DNA of 53,982 nt, counting the filler, from Catajapyx aquilonaris (lineage: Eukaryota): assembly GCA_000934665.2 (NCBI GenBank). It is 3 parts of 3 records of this genome, joined end to end, with 100 filler letters (N's around TTAATTAATTAA, not from the genome) between each part and the next. Parts side by side here need not be neighbours in the genome. Positions count along the whole stretch, not along the records: positions 36,003 to 53,982 come from KZ539602.1; 2 more parts are not named here. The stretch is one strand, 5' to 3'. Of this stretch, positions 51,116-53,982 are shown piece after piece. The translations under genes and the position numbers were made by a program. The notes under the pieces are model-generated. The model was given only the letters and a program-made list of their open reading frames with translations, searched no databases and was not told the origin of the DNA. Position 1 is the stretch's first letter; the number at the start of each line of letters is the position of its first letter.

Positions 51116-52482
51116 TATGAGAGGTGGAGTGGAGACGCGCATGCAGTTATCAAATGCTGCCGCAGCCATGTTGGAAAATACGTAGCTGATATCATTGAAT
51201 AATACGCACACAATAGTCTACTGTATAACTTGGCTAAATTAATCTATCTAATTATTTAATCAATCAAGAGCAATATTTTGCTTTGCAACATGTTATTAAC
51301 CCACTTTGAGGTTGCTTTAAGCCTATCTTATAATAATTATGCGAGTCTATTCGCTTCAGCGATATAACACTGAATTGGAATGTCACTTAACTGCTCAGAC
51401 AGTGGAATACCATAATCGAGAGATGTAATTTGTAACTTAGTAAAAGGTGGCCTTTAATATTTATTGCCTATCAAAGAGATTAGCCCACCACGTGCGACGT
51501 TATGTTTGCACCTGAGGCAATAAACTCTGGCAGTTGATTCCCTTTCCTCTCAGCCAGACCCCACCCCTCCCCTTTCTCCTGAAAGCAGCTTGCTAATAGC
51601 ATTTCAACATTTCATTCAGAGCTGTGTTCAAAAACTCATCCAGTGTGCAGGAAAATAACCGTTGCCTACTGGGAACTTCTTAGAACCGTGGGCGGGAGAG
51701 TAGGCGTATGACGTCATGCGAGGCTGTTTGGGTTGCCATGGGGGCGAGTGTATGAAATTATTCATAATGTGAGCGCAACTCCTCCCTATAATAAGAACTA
51801 TATGCTCCTCTCTTTATGCTCCTCCTACCACTCTGCATTGCCAGTTGCTGAAATAAAACTATCGTATAAAATGCCCAGTTTTTTGGCTTCCTAATATTAG
51901 AAGCTAATACTTTTGAAAACCACTAAAATAATACAAAAAATCTCTAACCACTACGATACTTTCATTTGGAACACCCTGTAGAGGGCAGCTCGAGAAATGA
52001 GATCAGAGATTTTCAGTTGGTTCTACCGGATTTTTCCAGCCGCAATGCTTGGCTGGGCAGCCATAACTAGTGCACTGGAGGCTGTTATAAAATATTCCTT
52101 ATAATAAGCACAGTGTACATATAGGCCCATAGCATATTCCGGATATTAAACGAGTGCTGTTACCACAATTGATAATATATTCAAGCCGTTTTAAAAGCTC
52201 ACAGCGCCGTGTAACAAAAATTGGAATGCTCTGGATTATAGTTTATAATTATGCCCTGATAATGCATGACACGCAATGCGTAATAACCCATTCATCGCAT
52301 AAGCCCATCTCCCATAGTCTCTTGAGCTATTCAAGAACTGAACAGAGTGATGATATACTACAAACTGCTGAATAAACCAAATTTCGCTTCGCTTTAACCC
52401 TATACAGTAGGCTACGTGCTCTGTCAGGCTCCAACATTTCAGTTAAGCACTTCCCCACCAGGATCAGTACTTGTGTAAGTTT

Positions 52483-52493
52483 TATTATTAGCC

Positions 52494-52553
<60 letters not shown>

Positions 52554-52564
52554 CATCATTATTA
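52483..52564. repeat. (ATT)n microsatellite
   Basis: Direct reading. Confidence 0.95.
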
Positions 52565-53440
52565 GTTTATGGGATCGCCTTTAAAGTTCCAGATGAAGAT
52601 ATGAAAGCGGTGTTTCATAATGGGTACAAGGGAATGTTTCCAGCAGTGTACCTGTGTCCAAGCTTCTCCAAGGTCTCAGGCACCCTGTCCAAAGCAAATA
52701 CTCGCTAAAATAGACAGCTCTATGACGTGTAGTCCAAATTGTGAGTTTCATGAGTGTAATACCCGCTTAAGAACTTGCCGCACTACCGCAAACACTGGAG
52801 AACACTACATTGAAACGGACTGTCATCCAGCATTCCCCCTCTTCAAAGCTTGTGGTGTGCACACTCTCTGGAATCACTGTCGTCCAGCGTTAGCGAGACT
52901 GAAGACCAATATGACGTTATCAGCATGTGGCCCAATAGCAACTGTCAAATGCACACCACAGCTATTACACATCTAAAGTAGGTCGTGACTAAGAGATGCA
53001 TATACATATGCATATATAAACGTATGTCCTTGGAAATGGCTTTTTAGACTTTTTACATATGGAACATATGCTGACAATGGACTCATACATGTGGTCGTGT
53101 GCGAAGGTACAGACTAACTCCCTGCACACACGTATGGCTAATCCCTCATAAGTCATCCGATTTTTTGAAAGGAAGAAGGTGGTTATAGCAAGGGTGAGTG
53201 CAGGCTGGCAAACCCCGATTCGCTGGCCTGAAAAGGAGGTCATGGAAGGAAAACGTCGTCATCCGTCCTTCTCCATTTCTGCAGCTGTCACGTGCAACAT
53301 TTGTCGGATGACGGGGCTTAAAGGGGGTCGCCTTTTGGCTCCTCTAAATGAGCCTGCCCGCCCCAAGACCCCGCCATATTTTAAGCCCACTCACTCATAA
53401 GAATGACAAAAGGAAGAGTGGAGGAAAGGGGGAGTCAGTC

Positions 53441-53619
53441 AGAGAGAGAGAGAGAAAGGGAGAGAGAGNNNNNNNNNNNNNNNNNNNNNNNNNNNNNNNN
53501 NNNNNNNNNNNNNNNNNNNNNNNNNNNNNNNNNNNNNNNNNNNNNNNNNNNNNNNNNNNNNNNNNNNNNNNNNNNNNNNNNGAGAGGGAGAGGGAGAGAG
53601 AGAGAGAGAGAGAGAGAGA
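53441..53619. repeat. (GA)n microsatellite spanning an N-gap
   Basis: Direct reading on both sides of the gap. Confidence 0.9.
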
Positions 53620-53982
53620 AAAGAAGTTCTTCACACGAGAGCGTATACAGTGTTCTGTGAAGCTGTACAAAGTCAAGTGCTGCAGAAACGTATTTAAACT
53701 GACTGCATTATTCCATCAGCTCTAATCAGCATACTAATGAGCTGGCACATTATTCGATTACTCCTCACACTTCTTTCACTCATTTTTACGCGAAACAATA
53801 ATGAGGTTATTCGCCAAAGGGTTACTTTGTTTCCCGTACATGAGGTAAGATTACCTTCACTCTTATGCTTGGTTGTATGAACGAGAGTTAAAGCTAACTA
53901 AGGGTTTGTTAGTGTGGATCTTCACGGAAAGCGTTGCAGAAGGTGTGGCTACAGTGGCGGATCCAGAAATTTTTTCAGGGGG

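Overview
Eukaryotic, transposon-rich scaffold, probably arthropod (arthropod-type Hsc70, short introns, insect-like TE repertoire), with four N-gaps. Two of the gaps are artificial 100-bp spacers containing TTAATTAATTAA, so adjacency across 17910-18009 and 35903-36002 is not guaranteed. Host genes: (1) a tandemly duplicated minus-strand C2H2 zinc-finger gene. Copy A is a hand-reconstructed 6-coding-exon, 495-aa model with a Met/Trp-rich heptad N-terminus, an acidic linker and 5 fingers. Copy B shows only the last two exons. The copies differ mostly at DNA-contacting finger residues, and both hide a further finger behind a shared stop codon. (2) An intron-containing cytosolic Hsc70/Hsp70 (643 aa, EEVD) with a CRE-rich promoter lacking a clear HSE. 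The rest is TE-derived: RTE LINE pieces, two tRNA-SINE families (one with a V-domain), Tc1/mariner, hAT, Harbinger, piggyBac- and Kolobok-type MITEs (including a nested TTAA stack), Helitron/DINE-like elements and MULE-like relics. All coordinates and alignments were read by eye; no searches were run.
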